Source: an uncultured Candidatus Saccharibacteria bacterium (GTDB taxonomy: Bacteria > Patescibacteriota > WWE3 > UBA101185 > UBA10185). Taken from it: 64,000 nucleotides of DNA. Below the pieces are notes generated by a model. It ran no database searches. It was not told the DNA's origin and worked only from the letters and a program-made list of their open reading frames with translations. Shown in pieces: positions 8,311-17,985 of the stretch. The stretch is from positions 67,573 through 131,572 of the forward strand of contig CAZBAJ010000001.1 of assembly GCA_964490125.1 (NCBI GenBank), read 5' to 3'. Every line of letters begins with the position of its first letter. Positions within the stretch are counted from its first letter, which is position 1. The translations under genes and the position numbers were made by a program.

Positions 8311-9471
8311 CTATTTTGAGGTTGGCGAACCCGTGTTACTTTCTACAGGCAAGATATAGTCGCCGGAGATGGCGGGGTAGTAAACGGTGAGTTGACCCGC
8401 ACCCCCGCCTACTGTCGTGTAATTTCCCTCAAACACATAAATTGGTTGTAAATACTTTTGCAATTTTGGCGTGTCGTAATAAGCCAGGTAGATACTGTTA
8501 ATTAAAATCTTGTCAATTCTTATTGGCACATACGGTTCAAACGGATTGCCGTCCTTTGCCATAATCCCAGCAATTACGCCCTTGTTTTTATTGACTTCCG
8601 CCCACGCCATGGCAACAGAAATTATCGGGTAAGTAGCGTTTTGGTCTTTTTCTTTGTCCACTAATTCCCATTGATACGCCTCCACCTTGGGGAAAATTAA
8701 CTGCTTGTATTTTGTATCTCTCGGCGTTCCTACCCAAACATGTAACAAACCTTTATACGGGTCCGGTCCTAAGATAGGAAAGCTTTTAAAACCTCTAAAA
8801 AAATCCACCCTAACAATTTGCGTTTCGTAGTCAAAGTTTACGGCGTGAATTTCTCCGCCTACATATTTGCCCAAATACGCTTTAGAAGTTCCTGTGTAGT
8901 ACATTTCTCCAAACCGTCCGGCAGAAACTAGCATGTTTCTGGCTTGGTCTGTTGCGGTGTCAGCCTTTAGTCGTCCAGCAATATAATAATTAGCTTTGCC
9001 AAATAATGGTAGATCTAATTTAATTTCCCGGGTTTTAGTATTGACATCAAGTCGCCCGTTAAAAGTAGGATCTACCCATGAATAAATTGGGTCAGTAGTT
9101 TGACTGATAAAACTGTCGTCATAATAACCTAAAATAGCTCCTGTGCGTTGGGCGTTTTTGCCTGCTTCATAGGAAAAAAGTGGTTGACGGAGTCTAAAAA
9201 CGGGCATTTTATTGGGAAAATCTGTGGGAAGACGACCGTTTTTGGTGTTTAAAATGTACTGCGGGTCCGAATTAGTGATTTTTTTGTATTGAAACTCCGG
9301 CGCGTCAATTTTGCCAAAGAGGGTGGTTGGCAGATCTTTTGGCGGATTAATCATGTAGACGAGTTTTTTGACGGGTGCTTTTAGGGTAACAAAGGCTATG
9401 TATAAGCCCAAAACCGCCACTACGGTAAAAAGAATGCGTTTAAATAGAGCAGATGTTTCTACCAAATTCAC
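8311..9471 (-). CDS. Membrane-anchored hypothetical protein
   Basis: 386-aa ORF, one N-terminal TM, C-terminal YLAYY...YLQPIYVFEG motif. Confidence 0.75.
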   Translation of the reverse strand: MNLVETSALFKRILFTVVAVLGLYIAFVTLKAPVKKLVYMINPPKDLPTTLFGKIDAPEFQYKKITNSDPQYILNTKNGRLPTDFPNKMPVFRLRQPLFSYEAGKNAQRTGAILGYYDDSFISQTTDPIYSWVDPTFNGRLDVNTKTREIKLDLPLFGKANYYIAGRLKADTATDQARNMLVSAGRFGEMYYTGTSKAYLGKYVGGEIHAVNFDYETQIVRVDFFRGFKSFPILGPDPYKGLLHVWVGTPRDTKYKQLIFPKVEAYQWELVDKEKDQNATYPIISVAMAWAEVNKNKGVIAGIMAKDGNPFEPYVPIRIDKILINSIYLAYYDTPKLQKYLQPIYVFEGNYTTVGGGAGQLTVYYPAISGDYILPVESNTGSPTSK

Positions 9472-9517
9472 AAATTTATTATAGCAACAAATTGTGCTGG
9501 TGGTGTAAAATGTTGAT

Positions 9518-10999
9518 ATGACCGAAGATACAAAGTTGGTAAAAACTAGGATGGCACCCAGTCCGACCGGAGAGTTTCATATTGGTGGCATGCGTACACT
9601 GCTTTATAACTACGCTTTTGCCAAGAAAAATCACGGTAAATTTCTTTTAAGGATAGAAGACACAGATCGGGAAAGGTTTGTGGAAGGAGCAATAGAAAGG
9701 GCTTACCAGGTGATAAAAGATTACGGTTTGAGTTGGGATGAAGGTCCGTTAGTAGGAGGTCCAAACGAGCCTTATGTTCAGTCACAGAGACTGGACTTGT
9801 ACAAAAAACACGCTTTAGAACTTGTGGAAAAAGGTCACGCTTATTACTGCTTTTGTACAAAGGAGCGACTTGATGAGATGCGTAAGAAGCAACAGCATGA
9901 GCATTTAAGCGTTACAAAGTACGATCGCCATTGTTTGAGTTTGACCTCGGAACAAGTTGCTGAAAATCTAAAAACGGGTGTATCTTATGTTATACGGATG
10001 AAAGTGCCTTCAGACAGGGCGGTTTCTTATGACGATGTGTTTTTGGGGAAAATTGAGGTACCGTCCAACGACATTGAAGATCAGGTATTGTTAAAATCGG
10101 ATGGATTTCCCACCTACCACCTTGCCGTAGTTGTTGACGATCATTTAATGGGCGTTACCCACATTTTGCGCGGTAGAGAGTGGCTTCCATCTACGCCCAA
10201 ACATGTTTTGTTGTATGAGTTTTTTGGTTGGGATATGCCTATAACAGGTCACTTTCCGGTTTTAAAAGAAGTCGGTTCAACTAAAAAAATGTCTAAACGC
10301 TTTGGGGATGTTGCGGCTACGGACTTTCTAAAAAACGGCTACTTGCCCGAGGCGCTTTTAAACTTCATCATGCTTTTGGGCTGGAACCCCGGCACAGAGC
10401 AAGAAGTATTTTCTTTGGAGGAATTTATTAAGGTTTTTTCGCTTGAACGAATTCATAAAACAGATTTAGTGGCTTTTGATAGGGAAAAGTTATTATGGTT
10501 TAACGGTTACTACATCCGCCAACTATCCGATAGCGATCTTTACGAAAAAATATCTGCGTGGGCAAAAAAGTGGGATACAGATTTGAATTTGGAATTAAAG
10601 GATCGGGAGTTTTCCACTAGAATTTTGGCGCTAATAAAGGACAGAATGAAATTACTTAGCGACTTTAAGGAGCTGTCGACCTACTTTTTTGTAGATCCCG
10701 TGGTTGACACCAAAGCATTCTCTAATCATTCTGGAGAAAAATGGCAAGCTATTTTGCAGGGTTTTGAAAAAGCTTTCTCAGAACTTGAAGAAGGCCGTTG
10801 GAATAAGGAAAATCTAGATAAAATATCGCACCAGGTTTTGGAAGAGCAAGGATTTTCACCAAAAGAGGCGTTTATGACCTTGCGTCTTGCCGTTACAGGA
10901 CAAACTGCTACACCGCCACTTTTTGATGTGCTTGAACTTTTGGGAAAAAGAGAGGTGGGGCGCCGTCTTAAAGTCGTCCTACCAACAAATTCTAATTAG
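9518..10999 (+). CDS. gltX: Glutamate-tRNA ligase
   Basis: RMAPSPTG, HIGG, LRIEDTD and KMSKR motifs. Confidence 0.97.
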   Translation: MTEDTKLVKTRMAPSPTGEFHIGGMRTLLYNYAFAKKNHGKFLLRIEDTDRERFVEGAIERAYQVIKDYGLSWDEGPLVGGPNEPYVQSQRLDLYKKHALELVEKGHAYYCFCTKERLDEMRKKQQHEHLSVTKYDRHCLSLTSEQVAENLKTGVSYVIRMKVPSDRAVSYDDVFLGKIEVPSNDIEDQVLLKSDGFPTYHLAVVVDDHLMGVTHILRGREWLPSTPKHVLLYEFFGWDMPITGHFPVLKEVGSTKKMSKRFGDVAATDFLKNGYLPEALLNFIMLLGWNPGTEQEVFSLEEFIKVFSLERIHKTDLVAFDREKLLWFNGYYIRQLSDSDLYEKISAWAKKWDTDLNLELKDREFSTRILALIKDRMKLLSDFKELSTYFFVDPVVDTKAFSNHSGEKWQAILQGFEKAFSELEEGRWNKENLDKISHQVLEEQGFSPKEAFMTLRLAVTGQTATPPLFDVLELLGKREVGRRLKVVLPTNSN

Positions 11000-11043
11000 A
11001 TTAGAGACAACTTGTTGACAAAAGTCTCGCGCTGAAATACATT
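10987..11043 (+). promoter_or_regulatory. Repeated upstream motif (copy 2) and recA promoter
   Basis: AAATTCTAATTAGATTAGAGACAAC followed by TTGACA(11015)-17-TACATT. Confidence 0.75.
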
Positions 11044-11071
11044 CACACCATAAATTGCAGAAGGAGGAAAT

Positions 11072-12196
11072 ATGGCACAAAAAGCTGACAAAATTGATAA
11101 GTCGGACAAAGCCGAAAAAAGCGGAAAGGCGCTGGCGTTACAATCAGCGTTAGATCAAATTAAAAAGTCGTACGGTGACGGCTCTATTATGAAGCTGGGC
11201 GACAAAGTATTAGAGAAAGTTGCAGTAATTCCCACGGGTTCTATTGCTTTAGACTTGGCGTTAGGAGTTGGCGGATTGCCAAAAGGCAGAATTATAGAAA
11301 TTTACGGACCGGAATCTTCCGGCAAGACAACCCTGTGCCAGCATATTATTGCGGAGGCTCAAAGAATGGGCGGGACTGCGGCGTTAATTGACGCGGAACA
11401 CGCTTTTGATCCCATTTACGCGGAAAAAACCGGTGTAAACATTAAAGACTTGTTGGTTTCCCAACCGGATACCGGTGAGCAAGGTTTGGAGATTGCCGAC
11501 ACTTTAATAAGAAGCAACGCCGTGGATTTGATTGTAGTGGACAGTGTGGCGGCTTTAGTACCAAAGGCGGAAATAGAAGGTGACATTGGTGACAGTTTTA
11601 TGGCATTGCAGGCCAGACTTATGAGCCAGTCGTTGCGTAGGCTTAGTGGCGCGGTGAGTAGGTCTAACTGCACATTAGTTTTTACCAACCAATTAAGAAT
11701 GAAAATTGGTGTAATGTTTGGTAATCCGGAAACTACTCCCGGTGGACGAGCTTTGCGCTTTTACGCCAGCGTGCGGATGGAGATTAGAAAAATTGAAGAC
11801 ATTAAAGGTGAGGGTCAGGCGACAGGTATAAGATGCAAAGTGACGGTAAGAAAAAATAAAGTGGCACCGCCTTTTAGAGTAGCGGAGTTTGACATTATGT
11901 TTGCCCAAGGAATCAGCAAAGAGGGCAGTTTGCTAGATGTGGGATCGGAGTTTGGGATTATTAAAAAGTCGGGTTCTTGGTACGAGTATAACGGGGAAAA
12001 GTTGGGTCAGGGTAAGGAGTCGGCGCGGGTGTATTTGCGGGAAAATAAAAAGTTGGCCGACGAGTTAGAGAAGAAGATTAGGGAGTTCTCCACCCAAAAG
12101 TCAGAGGAATTTTTGTCTTTGGGACAAGAGGAGAACGGTGGAAAGGGAGGTTCCGATCCGTCTTCGGTTCTCTCGCCAGACTTAGATGAAGAGTAG
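11072..12196 (+). CDS. recA: Recombinase RecA
   Basis: [17 protein letters not shown] and [20 protein letters not shown] motifs. Confidence 0.99.
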   Translation: MAQKADKIDKSDKAEKSGKALALQSALDQIKKSYGDGSIMKLGDKVLEKVAVIPTGSIALDLALGVGGLPKGRIIEIYGPESSGKTTLCQHIIAEAQRMGGTAALIDAEHAFDPIYAEKTGVNIKDLLVSQPDTGEQGLEIADTLIRSNAVDLIVVDSVAALVPKAEIEGDIGDSFMALQARLMSQSLRRLSGAVSRSNCTLVFTNQLRMKIGVMFGNPETTPGGRALRFYASVRMEIRKIEDIKGEGQATGIRCKVTVRKNKVAPPFRVAEFDIMFAQGISKEGSLLDVGSEFGIIKKSGSWYEYNGEKLGQGKESARVYLRENKKLADELEKKIREFSTQKSEEFLSLGQEENGGKGGSDPSSVLSPDLDEE

Positions 12197-12235
12197 CCGT
12201 AGTGCGGTGAAAATCGTAAAGAAAGTTGGTAGTAT

Positions 12236-12466
12236 ATGTTAATGAAGAATAAGCTAACTGGCAGAAGACCAGGTCATATTTATGTAGGCGGTAGATGGCT
12301 TAAGATCGGCTCTGATACAGGTATAGAGACTACTATTCCTGATTACGATGCCCAGTACCTTAAGCGTCTGTTTCGCGAAATTCGAGAAACTAAGCCTTTT
12401 CCACAGCCCCAGGAAGTAGAGTATGAAGGTGCTTGCTCCAGATGTGGGAGAAAAACCTATTATTAA
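12236..12466 (+). CDS. Small hypothetical protein, possible antitoxin
   Basis: 76-aa ORF overlapping the downstream PIN gene; ends with CxxC. Confidence 0.45.
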   Translation: MLMKNKLTGRRPGHIYVGGRWLKIGSDTGIETTIPDYDAQYLKRLFREIRETKPFPQPQEVEYEGACSRCGRKTYY

Positions 12467-12956
12467 GACAGTACTTGACACAAACATTTTGCAATATTTG
12501 CAGAAATCGGTGTTTTCTACGGATTTGGCTGACTTTATTACTAGATTTAGAGAAAGGGATTCTAAACCTAAGATATCGGATATTAGTCTTTGCGAGTTGC
12601 TTTCGGGCTGTAATCACAATCAGGAAGTGGCTTCTTTAAAGATCTTAAATCAGTTTGAAAGGTATTCAATAGATGAGGATATACTGACGGTTGCTGCGAA
12701 ATTACAGAACATCTATCGACTGTTGGGCGTGGAACCAGATCAAGTCAGCTTAGCTGATAGGATAATTGCCGCAACCTCTATAGTAATGGGTGCGGATATC
12801 CTAACCGCAAATGTCAATGACTTTCCGCGTCCGGTATTTAAAGAGAAACACGAGGAGCTGTTTTTATACAGAAAAGGATACAAAACTTGCTTGCAGGTCG
12901 TTCAAATATTGTCGCCAAACTGGGAGTTGGTAGAAAGTTACTTAACAGATGCATGA
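12423..12956 (+). CDS. PIN-domain (VapC-like) ribonuclease
   Basis: LDTNIL, E, ADRIIAAT and TANVNDF acidic PIN pattern. Confidence 0.85.
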   Translation: MKVLAPDVGEKPIIKTVLDTNILQYLQKSVFSTDLADFITRFRERDSKPKISDISLCELLSGCNHNQEVASLKILNQFERYSIDEDILTVAAKLQNIYRLLGVEPDQVSLADRIIAATSIVMGADILTANVNDFPRPVFKEKHEELFLYRKGYKTCLQVVQILSPNWELVESYLTDA

Positions 12957-13503
12957 CGAAATTTATCAAAAAATACTAAACAAGGTGATGTTGTTTTTGT
13001 CGTACCGACCAAGGACAACCCAGGAGGTAAAGCAAAGGTTGGGGAAGTATTTAAAGTCAGAAAAAGATTTAGCGGATCCCCAGTACGACGAGTTAAAAAA
13101 GCAAATTACCCACGAAATTTTGGATTACCTTGATCAGAATAAACTTGTGAGTGACGAGGAGTTTGCCAAACTACTCATTGAGTCCAAAACCAAAGGTAAA
13201 AGTGTCTTGGGCAAGCGCGCAATTTTGGCTAAACTTATGCAAAAGGGCATTAGTAAAAGTGACGCAGGTATGTTTATTGACACTACGGTTTCTACCCAAG
13301 ACGAGCTAACAACCGCGATAAAAGCCCTTATTGCCAGATATAAAATCACCGCCTTTGCCGGGTCTATGCCAGGTCATGCTCTGGAACCCCAGCTTTACGA
13401 CAACCCTAAAACCCGCGGGAATATGGCAAATTACCTTGCTACTCGGGGATTTTCCTACGACATTGCCAAGCAGGCGGTTGACTATTTGCTAAAACGCCCG
13501 TAA
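12949..13503 (+). CDS. recX: Regulatory protein RecX
   Basis: LSYRPRT.QEV, SDEEFA, KLMQKGI and YLATRGFS motifs; downstream of recA. Confidence 0.88.
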   Translation: MHDEIYQKILNKVMLFLSYRPRTTQEVKQRLGKYLKSEKDLADPQYDELKKQITHEILDYLDQNKLVSDEEFAKLLIESKTKGKSVLGKRAILAKLMQKGISKSDAGMFIDTTVSTQDELTTAIKALIARYKITAFAGSMPGHALEPQLYDNPKTRGNMANYLATRGFSYDIAKQAVDYLLKRP

Positions 13504-13545
13504 AATCAGAGTCGCTTATGAAATTCACATTTTTAAGGAGGACAT

Positions 13546-15339
13546 ATGAATACATTACTAATGCTGTTGGTGGCGGTTCTGCTTGCGGTTGTGGCGATTC
13601 TTGCGTTTGTTCTAATAAAAAAGACCAAAAATCTACCCCAACTTCCGTCTAGCTTAAAAAGTTCCCAAGATCAGTTAGTGTTGCAGGGCGACAAATCAGT
13701 GCAGGGCGGTTCGACGGTGCAAAAAATCGACCGAATCGATACAAGTAGTCACCCAGAGCAAAAAGATCGGTTGGGGCAAGGGTATCAAGCAGATCAATAC
13801 AGTCAACCAAGCCACATTAATCAAAGCCAACAAAATCAACCAGTAGACAAAGCTAGCTCTACTGCGCAAGTCAACCAGCCCAACCAACTCAACCAAATTA
13901 ATCAGACTACTCAAGTCAGCCAAGAACAAGTCCAGAGGTTTGTGGACCAGGCAAAGTCTAAAGCCAGGGAAATTATTATCGAAGCCAAGGACGAGGCTAT
14001 TAAAATAAAAAGTTTGGCGGAGTCGGAATCGGCAAAGGTGCGGGGCGAGGTTACCTCGTTAGAAAAAAAAGTGGCGGACAAGCTCACCCAACTAGATACT
14101 AAAGAAAAAGAGTTGGAAGACAAGTCGCAAAAATTAAGTCAAACCCAACAAGAATTACAAAAGAATAAGGAAAAGTTAGATCAGACGGTTACGGAGGCGC
14201 AGGAAAAACTCCAAGCCGTTTCCGGGTTAACTAAAGAGGAGGCAAAAAACCAGCTCCTTGCCAGTGTGGAAAAAGACCTTAAGCAGGAAAAAGGCAAACG
14301 CGTTAAGGAGATGGAGGAGGAAATTAAAAACGAGAGCGACAAGTTGGCGCAGGACATCCTGATTACAGCCATGCGTAAAGGCGCCACGGATCTGGTGGTG
14401 GAGCATACGGTTTCCAAAATTAAATTGCCCGACGATGACATGAAGGGCAGAATCATAGGTAAAGAGGGACGCAATATTAGGACTTTTGAAGAGCTTACGG
14501 GTGTGGATTTGGATATGGATAGCTCGCCCGGCGATATTATGATTTCCTCTTTTGACCCCGTGCGACGGGAAATTGCTAGACTTTCTATGGAAAAACTTAT
14601 TTTGGACGGTAGGATTCAACCTGCTCGAATAGAGGAAATTGTATTGGCGACCCAAAAGGACATGGATCAAATTCTCTTTAAAGAGGGGGAAAATCTGTGT
14701 CATCGGCTTGGGGTTTACAATTTACCGCGAGATATTGTGGCGGTTTTAGGTCGCTTTAAATTCAGGTTCTCTTATGGTCAAAATATGATTGAACACACGC
14801 TTGAGGAAACGCGGATCGGTGTTTCTATTGCCCAAGAAATTAAGGCGGATGTAGAAACGGTAAAAATGGGTTGTTTGTTGCACGACATTGGAAAAGTTAT
14901 TTCCGACGAAGAAGGTACGCATATTCAGCTAGGAGTGGACTTTATTAAAAAGTATAAGCTGTCCGACAAAGTGGTAAACTGCGTGGCGGAACATCACGGC
15001 GACAAGCCCTTTACTTCTATTGAGTCTGCCATTGTTAACTTGGCCGACCACATAAGTGGCGCTCGCCCGGGTGCCAGGAGCGAAGATTACGAGTCGTACA
15101 AAAAAAGAATGGACGACTTAGAAAACGCCGCAACTTCCTTTGACGGGGTAGAAAAAGCTTATGCCATTTCTGCGGGTAGGGAGGTTAGGGTAATTGTAAA
15201 ACCAGAGCGGGTGGATGACGCCACAGCCTCTGTTCTAGCGCGCGAGATTGCTAAAAAGATAGAACTAGAACAAAGTTATCCTGGTGTGGTAAAGGTAACG
15301 GTAATTAGAGAGGTCAGGGTGTCGGAGACGGCTAAATAG
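13546..15339 (+). CDS. rny: Ribonuclease Y with Q/N-rich linker
   Basis: N-terminal TM, coiled coil, KH (GRIIGKEGRNIR), HD (LLHDIGK). Confidence 0.97.
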   Translation: MNTLLMLLVAVLLAVVAILAFVLIKKTKNLPQLPSSLKSSQDQLVLQGDKSVQGGSTVQKIDRIDTSSHPEQKDRLGQGYQADQYSQPSHINQSQQNQPVDKASSTAQVNQPNQLNQINQTTQVSQEQVQRFVDQAKSKAREIIIEAKDEAIKIKSLAESESAKVRGEVTSLEKKVADKLTQLDTKEKELEDKSQKLSQTQQELQKNKEKLDQTVTEAQEKLQAVSGLTKEEAKNQLLASVEKDLKQEKGKRVKEMEEEIKNESDKLAQDILITAMRKGATDLVVEHTVSKIKLPDDDMKGRIIGKEGRNIRTFEELTGVDLDMDSSPGDIMISSFDPVRREIARLSMEKLILDGRIQPARIEEIVLATQKDMDQILFKEGENLCHRLGVYNLPRDIVAVLGRFKFRFSYGQNMIEHTLEETRIGVSIAQEIKADVETVKMGCLLHDIGKVISDEEGTHIQLGVDFIKKYKLSDKVVNCVAEHHGDKPFTSIESAIVNLADHISGARPGARSEDYESYKKRMDDLENAATSFDGVEKAYAISAGREVRVIVKPERVDDATASVLAREIAKKIELEQSYPGVVKVTVIREVRVSETAK

Positions 15340-15344
15340 GATTT

Positions 15345-15432
15345 TGTTTTGGAAGGGAATGTATTGCGAGGATCTGGGCGTCCGCCAAAAGCGGACAGGG
15401 ACCCAGTCCGAGCAAGACTTCCCGACAAAACA
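15345..15432 (+). other. Long imperfect intergenic hairpin (88 nt)
   Basis: TGTTTTG/CAAAACA, GGGAA/TTCCC, TTGC/GCAA, GGA-CTGGG/CCCAG-TCC and GTCCGC/GCGGAC nested pairs. Confidence 0.6.
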
Positions 15433-15446
15433 TCAACGAATAAACT

Positions 15447-16229
15447 ATGAGAATACTATACATCGGCGAAATCGTCGCAAAACTTGGTCGAAAAGCAGTT
15501 AAAGAGGTATTGCCAAGCCTTATTTCTAGTGATAGGATAGACCTTGTTATTGCCAATGCCGAGAATTTGGCTCACGGACGGGGCGCAACCAAGGAGACGC
15601 TCGAGGAGATGATGGCAACGGGTGTAAATTACTTTACAGGTGGCGACCACATTTTTTGGCAAAAGGACTTTGAAGATTACGCCACTGAATTGCCGGTTGT
15701 GTGTCCTGCCAACTATCCGGAACCGGTTGCGGGCAAAACCTACGCCGTTATAGAGACCAAAGAGTTTAAGGTGGCAATATTAAATCTTATGGGCAGAACC
15801 TTTATGAATGAAAACTTTGACAGCCCCTTTCAAAAAATAGATTATTTTCTTAATTCTCTTTTACCTTCGCAAGGGGTGGACGCGCAAAAAGACTTTATCC
15901 TGGTGGACTTTCACGCTGAAGCCTCCAGCGAAAAATTGGCGTTTGCTAATTATGTTGACGGACGGGTGGGGGCGGTTATAGGCTCTCACACGCACATTCC
16001 CACCGCGGATGTCCAGATGTTACCAAAAGGTACCTATTTTGTTAGCGACGCGGGGATGACGGGTTCGGCTGATTCCGTTTTAGGCGTCAAAACCCAAATA
16101 ATTTTAAACAAATATCTTACAGCCAGAAACCAAAAGTTTGAATGGGAAGAAGATGGACGCGCGTGGTTTAGGAGCGTTCTTATTGATACCAAAGCAAAGC
16201 AGATTTCCAGAATTGATAGGCTTGTTTAG
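15447..16229 (+). CDS. ymdB: YmdB-family metallophosphoesterase
   Basis: NAEN, DFHAEASSEK, GSHTHIPTAD and DAGMTG motifs; follows rny. Confidence 0.92.
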   Translation: MRILYIGEIVAKLGRKAVKEVLPSLISSDRIDLVIANAENLAHGRGATKETLEEMMATGVNYFTGGDHIFWQKDFEDYATELPVVCPANYPEPVAGKTYAVIETKEFKVAILNLMGRTFMNENFDSPFQKIDYFLNSLLPSQGVDAQKDFILVDFHAEASSEKLAFANYVDGRVGAVIGSHTHIPTADVQMLPKGTYFVSDAGMTGSADSVLGVKTQIILNKYLTARNQKFEWEEDGRAWFRSVLIDTKAKQISRIDRLV

Positions 16230-16254
16230 CCTTTGAAAGGGGGTGTATTTTATT

Positions 16255-16530
16255 ATGGCGACAAAATTTGAATTAGTAAATCAGCTTGCCGACAAGGCAG
16301 GTCTTACCAAAGTGGATGCCTCCAAGGCTTTAGATGCGTTGGAAATGATTATTCAGAAGAACCTTTCAAAGGGTGAAAAAGTTACTTGGACTGGTTTTGG
16401 AACCTTTGAAGTAAGACACAGAGCTGCCAGAACAGGCAGGAATCCTCAAACAGGAGCTCCTATGCACATTCCGGCAACTAAGTCCCCGGCTTTTAAAGCA
16501 GGAAAAGGACTTAAGGATGCGGTTAAGTAA
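16255..16530 (+). CDS. hup: HU family DNA-binding protein
   Basis: GFGTFEV...RTGRNPQTG...PAFKAGKGLKD. Confidence 0.96.
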   Translation: MATKFELVNQLADKAGLTKVDASKALDALEMIIQKNLSKGEKVTWTGFGTFEVRHRAARTGRNPQTGAPMHIPATKSPAFKAGKGLKDAVK

Positions 16531-16556
16531 TTAACCTAGGGTTTAGTACTTGAGCC

Positions 16557-16590
16557 ACGGAGGGGACGCGCAAGTTGCCCCTCCGTTTTT
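16557..16590 (+). terminator. Rho-independent terminator
   Basis: ACGGAGGGG...CCCCTCCGT followed by T run. Confidence 0.85.
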
Positions 16591-16644
16591 GTTTTTACCG
16601 GAGGACTTATTAATGAGGATAATTAGGTTTTGGTACAGTTTGCT

Positions 16645-17931
16645 TTAAAGCGGACAAATGGAAGTCACATGCGTTTCCACAACCGATGCCAAACTCATAA
16701 CAGAATTTTCCCGTAATTTCTCCGGGACTTTGTCGTAGCTACCCGGCAGGGTAAACCAAAAAGTGGAACCCTTACCAAGTCCTTCTGATGCTACACCTAC
16801 CTCTCCGCCCATAGTTTCGACCATATTTTTAACAATGTACAAACCCAAACCCGTACCACCGGATTCTGCAATAGTTTGGTAAGAATTATCTATTCTACCG
16901 AATTTATGGAATAAGCGTTTGACATCTTGGGGATCTATGCCCTTGCCCGTGTCGGTAACCGTAAATTTTAAAAATCCATCCGATTGGTTGGTTACGACAA
17001 GCTTAATCCAACCGGTAGTAGTAAATTTAATGGAATTACCCAACAAGTTCACTAGCATTTCTTGCAACTTTCCCCGGTCAGCAAACACATACTGGCAGTC
17101 TCGCGCAATTTCCACGCTAAAGCCCAAACCTTTTTCCCCAGCTTTAATAGAAAAGTCCTGTGTCACCCCGTCTAAAAAGCGTCTAATATCCAATTCCTCA
17201 ATTTTTAACTGCAAACCTCCTTGATCTATTTTAGAGGTATTTAAAGTATCGTTTATCATGTTAAGCATGCGTTCCACACCGTTTTTTGCCTTTGCCAGAT
17301 AGTCTTTTTGCTTGTCCGTCAAACTGCCGTATTTGCTATTTTCCAACATCCAAATATAGCTTTTAATAATGGTCATAGGAGTGCGTAGTTCATGGCTGGC
17401 AATGGAAATAAACTCATCTTTGGACTTTTCCAAAAGCTTTTCCCGCGTAACATCGGTCAGCGTGATAATGCACTCTTCCTGATTCTGCGGGTTCTTTATA
17501 TTGGTCGACTGAAGTTTTAAGTATTTTTTTCCGTACGACGAGTCAAAAACCAGATTCTGTAACAGCACATCCGCCCCTTTAAAACAGTAATCCTGCGGGG
17601 TGATGTTTTGACCTTCTTCGGTTTCCAGACTTAACATGTCGCCCAACTTTTTACCCTCTACCTGATCAGTTGTTACTTGCAACAAGTCTTCCGCCGGCTT
17701 GTTAATAATATTAATATTAAAGTCTTTATTTACCGCCACTACCGCTTCCGAGATGTTATACAGCAGGTTTTCCGTGTGTTCTTTTTCTTGTAATAATTCC
17801 AGTCCGCGTTTGTAGATCTGTTCGGCTAAAATTTGGTGTTCTGGGTTGTTACAAAAAATTTGCGGCTGATTTTGAGAATTATGTGGGTTTGGCGGACTTT
17901 GCAAATTAATCGTCGGAGTGTTTGTGGGCAT
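16645..17931 (-). CDS. Soluble PAS-domain sensor histidine kinase
   Basis: SHELRTP H-box, NLLGNSIKF, DTGKGI and GTGLGL; no TM segment. Confidence 0.92.
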   Translation of the reverse strand: MPTNTPTINLQSPPNPHNSQNQPQIFCNNPEHQILAEQIYKRGLELLQEKEHTENLLYNISEAVVAVNKDFNINIINKPAEDLLQVTTDQVEGKKLGDMLSLETEEGQNITPQDYCFKGADVLLQNLVFDSSYGKKYLKLQSTNIKNPQNQEECIITLTDVTREKLLEKSKDEFISIASHELRTPMTIIKSYIWMLENSKYGSLTDKQKDYLAKAKNGVERMLNMINDTLNTSKIDQGGLQLKIEELDIRRFLDGVTQDFSIKAGEKGLGFSVEIARDCQYVFADRGKLQEMLVNLLGNSIKFTTTGWIKLVVTNQSDGFLKFTVTDTGKGIDPQDVKRLFHKFGRIDNSYQTIAESGGTGLGLYIVKNMVETMGGEVGVASEGLGKGSTFWFTLPGSYDKVPEKLRENSVMSLASVVETHVTSICPL

Positions 17932-17985
17932 GGTTAAAATGTATCAGTAGTGCATTCAAGCGTCAAATTTGGTAAGATTTTGACT

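Noticed and set aside
15345-15432. SRP 4.5S RNA
   Set aside because: Lacks the CAGG...GGAA...AGCA helix 8 motif
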